Assembly: GCA_003135635.1 (NCBI GenBank)
Contig: PLCJ01000002.1
Coordinates: forward strand, 109,451-173,450
DNA length: 64,000 bases
Reading direction: 5' to 3'
DNA from: Candidatus Adlerbacteria bacterium
GTDB taxonomy: Bacteria > Patescibacteriota > Minisyncoccia > Phycocordibacterales > SBAW01
Shown here piece by piece: positions 59,612 to 64,000 of this stretch (positions are counted from its first letter, which is position 1; every line of letters begins with the position of its first letter). The translations under genes were made by a program, and so were the position numbers. Under the pieces are notes generated by a model. That model was not told where the DNA came from, did no database searches, and saw only the letters and a program-made list of their open reading frames with translations.

Positions 59612-60469
59612 ATGGAAAAAGAAAAAATAGGATTTATAGGTCAAGGATGGATAGGCAAAAACTACGCTGACGATTTTGAGCGGCGCGGGTTTGAGGTAGT
59701 GCGCTATAGTCTTGAGCCAGAATACCTCAGCAACAAGAGTGCAATCGGTCTGTGCGATATTGTCTTTATTGCAGTGCCAACACTAACCACTCCTGCGGGA
59801 TTTGATTACAGCATAGTCAAGGAGGTGGTGGGTCTTGTGGGCAAAGGAAAAACCGCTGTTATCAAATCAACCATACTTCCGGGGACAACGGAAAAACTGC
59901 AAGAAACATATCCTGAGATATATGTGTTTCATAGTCCAGAATTTCTTGCAGAAAAAACAGCCTCTTATGACGCAGCTCACCCGATTCGCAACATCATAGG
60001 TATGCCAATTGATACCGATGCCTATAGGGCGCGGGCGCAACGGGTGCTTGATATTCTGCCGGATGCGCCGTTTAAGAGTATATGTACTGCTAGTGAGGCA
60101 GAACTTATAAAGTACTCCAGCAACGCTTTTCTTTTTACGAAGGTGGTATTTGTAAATCTTATGTATGATCTTGCGCAGTATCTTGGTGCAGATTGGGAAG
60201 TGGTGAGGGCTGGCCTAAGTGCTGATCCACGTATCGGAACTTCTCACATGCAACCACAAGACAATAGTGGGCACTCAAAAAATATAGGCAGGGGAGCGGG
60301 TGGCCATTGTTTTATCAAAGATTTTGCTGCACTCGTCGATTTGTATGAGGAGCTACTACCTGAGGACAATGAGGGCATCAAGGTTCTTAAAGCGTTGGAG
60401 AAGAAAAATGCAAAGTTACTTCTAAAATCTGGAAAGGACATTGATATGCTTGAATCTGTTTATGGGTAG
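59612..60469 (+). CDS. UDP-glucose/GDP-mannose dehydrogenase-family protein lacking the C-terminal UDP-binding domain
   Basis: Rossmann GFIGQGWIGKNYA; IKSTILPGTTEKL and SPEFLAEKTASYDAAHPIRNIIG as in UGDH central domains; only 285 aa. Confidence 0.5.
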   Translation: MEKEKIGFIGQGWIGKNYADDFERRGFEVVRYSLEPEYLSNKSAIGLCDIVFIAVPTLTTPAGFDYSIVKEVVGLVGKGKTAVIKSTILPGTTEKLQETYPEIYVFHSPEFLAEKTASYDAAHPIRNIIGMPIDTDAYRARAQRVLDILPDAPFKSICTASEAELIKYSSNAFLFTKVVFVNLMYDLAQYLGADWEVVRAGLSADPRIGTSHMQPQDNSGHSKNIGRGAGGHCFIKDFAALVDLYEELLPEDNEGIKVLKALEKKNAKLLLKSGKDIDMLESVYG

Positions 60470-60483
60470 ATCACGGAAAAAAG

Positions 60484-61581
60484 ATGAATATCCTCTGGCT
60501 GAATTGGAAGGATAGAGGTCATCCTTTGGCTGGTGGAGCTGAAGTCGTCAATGAAGCATTGGCGAAACGACTCGCTCAGGATGGGCACACGGTTATGTTC
60601 CTGGTCGGCGGTTTTTCCGGTGCTTTGGAGAAGGAGGAACGCGATGGTTTTTCTATTGTTCGTGTCGGAGGTCGGTGGGGTGTCTATTGGCAAGCTTACC
60701 GCTATTACCAAAAGCATTTACGAGATTGGCCGGATTTGGTCATAGATGAAGTGAACACAGTTCCGTTTTTTGCAAAATTCTATGTACGACAGAAAAATAT
60801 TCTATTTGTGCATCAGCTTTGCCGTGAGATATGGTTCTATCAAATGTTTTTTCCGCTCAATGTACTCGGGTATCTTTTGGAACCCTTATATCTCTGGCTC
60901 CTGAGCGGTAGTGAGGTTATTACCGTATCTAAAAGCACGAAACAGGATTTGATGCGCTTTGGTTTTGACCAGGCCAAGATACATATTATTTCCGAGGGCA
61001 TTGATATTGAACCTCTGTCAGAGCTTGCGCCAAAAAATCTTGAGAACCCGATGATTCTCGCACTCGGCCGTTGTGACCCCACGAAGCGCACGGTGGACGT
61101 GATGAAAGCATTTGAATTGGTGAAAGAGAAAATACCGACTGCACAGTTGGTAATTGCTGGTCTATGCGAAGGAGGCTATGGAGAAAAGATTAGAGGTATG
61201 CGCGAAGTGTCTCGTTACAAAGACAGCATTACGATTACGGGGTCTATAAGCCAAGGGCAAAAGGTGGCGCTCATGCAAGAGGCTGCCGTGCTTTGCATGG
61301 CCTCGGTCAAGGAGGGGTGGGGACTGGTGGTTACGGAAGCGAATAGCCAGGGTACGCCTGCGGTGGTGTATAACGTTGACGGATTGAGAGACAGTGTACG
61401 CAATACAGAGACTGGCCTAGTCTGCAGTGCCAATACTCCAGCTGATTTAGCCTTTCAAATAAAGAGGCTTTTCGGAGATACCAAATTTTATGAACGCTTG
61501 CGAAGAAACACTTGGAAGTTGAGCAAAGAAATAACCTTCGACAATAGCTATCGGCAGTTTATAAATATTCTTAAACAATAA
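60484..61581 (+). CDS. GT4 (GT-B) glycosyltransferase
   Basis: EX7E motif EGWGLVVTEANSQGTPAVV. Confidence 0.8.
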   Translation: MNILWLNWKDRGHPLAGGAEVVNEALAKRLAQDGHTVMFLVGGFSGALEKEERDGFSIVRVGGRWGVYWQAYRYYQKHLRDWPDLVIDEVNTVPFFAKFYVRQKNILFVHQLCREIWFYQMFFPLNVLGYLLEPLYLWLLSGSEVITVSKSTKQDLMRFGFDQAKIHIISEGIDIEPLSELAPKNLENPMILALGRCDPTKRTVDVMKAFELVKEKIPTAQLVIAGLCEGGYGEKIRGMREVSRYKDSITITGSISQGQKVALMQEAAVLCMASVKEGWGLVVTEANSQGTPAVVYNVDGLRDSVRNTETGLVCSANTPADLAFQIKRLFGDTKFYERLRRNTWKLSKEITFDNSYRQFINILKQ

Positions 61582-61583
61582 AT

Positions 61584-62279
61584 ATGAAAAAATTTCTTGC
61601 CGGAATGTATGAGAGAGCAAGGCTTTTAAATGATGACTATGTTTCTAAATCAATTAAGGTAAACGGTGAAATAGATTCAATTTTAGATGTTGGGTGTTGG
61701 AATGGTGAACTAACAATGTACTACGCTCAGGCAGGTAACGCTAAAAAAATCTACGGCATCGAAGTTGTCAAGGAGATGTCTGATAAGGCAACGGAAAAAG
61801 GGATACAATGCTATGCACTCAGAGCCGACCAAGATATTTGGCCATTTAATGACAACAGCATTGACTGTGTCGTTTCAAACCAAGTTGTTGAACATCTCTC
61901 GGACCTCGACCATTATTTTAAAGAGGCGGCGCGAGTGCTCAAGCCAGGGGGTATTTTGGTTACAAGCACAAATAATTTAGGGAGTTGGCACAATATTTTT
62001 GCGCTTCTGTGGGGTTGGGCACCTTTTGATCTCACTAATAGTTCAAAAATAACTGCTGGTATTGGAAACCCTCTGTCGGTCCATAGATCGGAAAAGGTAG
62101 AACTTTCAACCTGGACTCATAAATGTATCTATACCCCCCGCTGGTTATTTGAATGGCAAAAACTCTATGGATTAAAATTTTCAAATCAAATGGCGACAGG
62201 CTTTTATCCCTTCCCGGCATCGTGGGGAAATATATTTAAAAATCACGCTGCTTTCATGATAATTACTACAAAAAAATAA
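61584..62279 (+). CDS. class I SAM-dependent methyltransferase
   Basis: motif I LDVGCWNGE and post-I LKPGGILV. Confidence 0.75.
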   Translation: MKKFLAGMYERARLLNDDYVSKSIKVNGEIDSILDVGCWNGELTMYYAQAGNAKKIYGIEVVKEMSDKATEKGIQCYALRADQDIWPFNDNSIDCVVSNQVVEHLSDLDHYFKEAARVLKPGGILVTSTNNLGSWHNIFALLWGWAPFDLTNSSKITAGIGNPLSVHRSEKVELSTWTHKCIYTPRWLFEWQKLYGLKFSNQMATGFYPFPASWGNIFKNHAAFMIITTKK

Positions 62280-63223
62280 TGAATCAGCCACTTATCTCAT
62301 ACATCATTCCGACTTTGAATGCCGAGCAGTATCTGAAGCGCTGTCTCGACAGTATTTTTATGCAGGATTACCCTCGCGACAGGTATGAGGTTATTATTGC
62401 TGATGGAGGATCTAAGGACAGGACTATCGAGATTTTGAAATCGTATCCAGTTACCTATGTCCACAATGAAAAACATGACGCGGAAAGCGGAAAATACGTT
62501 GCGATACAAAAAGCGAAAGGGGATATCTACGTCCTACTCGATTCCGACAACATTATTGCGTCGAAAGATTGGCTTACCTCACTTATTCAACCTCTAAAAG
62601 AAAACCCGGATATTGTCGGAGTCGAGTCGAATTATTTAATTGCCAACGATTTCACTTCTCTTAATACTTACACAAACCTTCTTGTAATAGTCGATCCGTT
62701 AGCACGTATGCTCGCGGCGCGACCCTCCAAAATTGACAAGAAGGGCACTTACATCCTTAAAACGTTCGCTCAAAACTCTACTCCAATATCAGGCGCAAAC
62801 GGTTTTTTGTGGCGCAAAAGTGTTGTTGAAGAATATTTACGGACGAATGGTAAAGAGTTTCCGGAGGCAAAAGTGCTTGCTGACGTTGCTATTAGCGGTA
62901 AAGTAGTCTACGCCAACGTGCCAGGCAAAGGGGTTTATCATTATTACTGTGTTTCGCTGAACGATTACTTAAAGAAGCGAAGAAAAGTCGCCAAGAACAT
63001 TCTCGCAAGAAAATCCAGACGTGAGGACATTTGGATTGAAAAAGGCGGGAAGCTGCGTTTTTATTCTAGCGCTCTTTACCTCACTTCTTTCGTCGGGCCT
63101 CTTTTTGAAGCGACTTATAACTTTCTTAAAACAGGAAGAAAAGAATGGTTTTGGCATCCGATTGTCTGTTTTCTGACAGTGTGGGTGTACAGCTTATTTT
63201 TCATGAGCAGTCATTATGAATAA
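62279..63223 (+). CDS. GT2 family glycosyltransferase
   Basis: ISYIIPTLNAEQYLKRCLDSIFMQDY N-terminus, DGGSKD, LDSDN. Confidence 0.75.
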   Translation: MNQPLISYIIPTLNAEQYLKRCLDSIFMQDYPRDRYEVIIADGGSKDRTIEILKSYPVTYVHNEKHDAESGKYVAIQKAKGDIYVLLDSDNIIASKDWLTSLIQPLKENPDIVGVESNYLIANDFTSLNTYTNLLVIVDPLARMLAARPSKIDKKGTYILKTFAQNSTPISGANGFLWRKSVVEEYLRTNGKEFPEAKVLADVAISGKVVYANVPGKGVYHYYCVSLNDYLKKRRKVAKNILARKSRREDIWIEKGGKLRFYSSALYLTSFVGPLFEATYNFLKTGRKEWFWHPIVCFLTVWVYSLFFMSSHYE

Positions 63224-64000
63224 AATTTCGGTGATAATAGTTAACTATAATGGTAAGAAATGGCTACAAAAATGCCTCGATTCTTTGCTTACGCAACAGT
63301 ATAAGAATTTTGAAGTTATAGTTGTCGATAATAATTCAAGCGACGATAGTATCCAATATATTGAGAAGAATTACCCCACAGTAATTGTTATCAAAAGTGA
63401 TAAAAACCTAGGATTTGCCGGTGGAAATAATCTAGGTATAGAAAAAGCTAAAGGAGAGTATATATTACTACTGAACAATGACACATGGGTGGAAAATAGT
63501 TTTTTGGAAAAGCTTTATACATTTTATATAAATCACGATTTTGATGTAGTAGGACCTTACCAAAAAGACTATCATGATGAAAGTGAATTTAAACAATACT
63601 TAATCACAATAGATTTGTTTGGTCATCCAATATATATATCAAAAGGAATCAAAAGAACTGGCTTTTATCTGTCTGGAGTTTGCGTACTTTTTTCTAAGAA
63701 ACTTTACGCAGAGACTCTTGGTCTCGATAGTAATTTCTTTATGTATTTTGAAGAAATTGACTGGTTTTGGCGATTGAATTTATTGAAGAAAACGTTTTCC
63801 TATGTTGACAACTTGTTTGTTTACCATGCCGGTGCTGGATCAACCGGAAGTGGCATTAAATATCAGAGTTTTTTATGGAGAAACCAAAATACTTTACAAA
63901 TGTTATTAAAAAATTACAGCCGGTATAATTTATTTTGGGTATTACCAATTTATTTTCTTCAGAATATTGTTGAAATAGCATTTTTTCTCTTAATATTTAA
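63216..64000 (+). CDS. GT2 family glycosyltransferase (5' partial, runs off the window)
   Basis: ATG at 63216 overlapping the upstream stop; ISVIIVNYNGKKWLQKCLDSLLTQQY, VVDNNSSDDS; no stop before the window end. Confidence 0.6.
   Translation, partial: MNKISVIIVNYNGKKWLQKCLDSLLTQQYKNFEVIVVDNNSSDDSIQYIEKNYPTVIVIKSDKNLGFAGGNNLGIEKAKGEYILLLNNDTWVENSFLEKLYTFYINHDFDVVGPYQKDYHDESEFKQYLITIDLFGHPIYISKGIKRTGFYLSGVCVLFSKKLYAETLGLDSNFFMYFEEIDWFWRLNLLKKTFSYVDNLFVYHAGAGSTGSGIKYQSFLWRNQNTLQMLLKNYSRYNLFWVLPIYFLQNIVEIAFFLLIF

Overview
This 64-kb window reads as a gene-dense bacterial chromosome segment, mostly plus-strand, from a small-genome organism. It may be a CPR/Patescibacteria-like lineage, judging by a type IV pilin, a complete F1Fo ATP synthase with minimal delta and epsilon subunits, many small hypothetical genes and scattered tRNAs. 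This lineage call is inference only.

Housekeeping content that can be recognised:
- A heterodimeric ABC exporter pair.
- CcdA plus a TlpA-like thioredoxin, VKOR and MsrA (extracytoplasmic thiol redox).
- A DEAD-box helicase, a NUDIX hydrolase and a GH18 hydrolase.
- An SPFH protein, a P-type ATPase and an FAD-linked oxidase.
- FKBP, Tgt, UvrB, UvrA, a compact UvrC, Ddl and SpeH.
- Six tRNA or tRNA-like genes.
- atpBEFHAGDC.
- A surface-glycan locus at the 3' end (flippase, GT2, GT4, methyltransferase, UGDH-like).

Accessory or unusual content:
- A 10-gene minus-strand run (17.6-26.1 kb) starts with an ECF sigma factor, continues through a MacAB-like ABC/MFP exporter, and ends in an FMN-binding lipoprotein + ApbE flavin transferase + membrane FAD/NAD oxidoreductase module. 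This resembles a flavin-based extracytoplasmic electron transfer system.
- A cassette-like array of monocistronic small genes of unknown function (52.1-55.2 kb) sits downstream of tRNA-Ala(GGC) and a NYN-domain gene. Each gene has its own promoter and terminator, and the array is followed by an HTH-Doc toxin-antitoxin pair with a perfect 26-bp palindromic operator.
- An intergenic sequence family with core GGTTCTAACATC(N)TCC occurs at least 9 times. It is usually coupled to a preceding terminator hairpin and a TATATA box.
- A tRNA-like gene with a 13-nt anticodon loop lies next to a GC-rich gene inserted between uvrB and uvrA.
- Two NYN-domain genes sit beside tRNA genes; one is flanked by a small gene and its frameshifted paralog.
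- A near-identical 42-nt terminator module occurs twice, 17 kb apart, in inverted orientation.

No CRISPR array, rRNA or recognisable transposase was seen.
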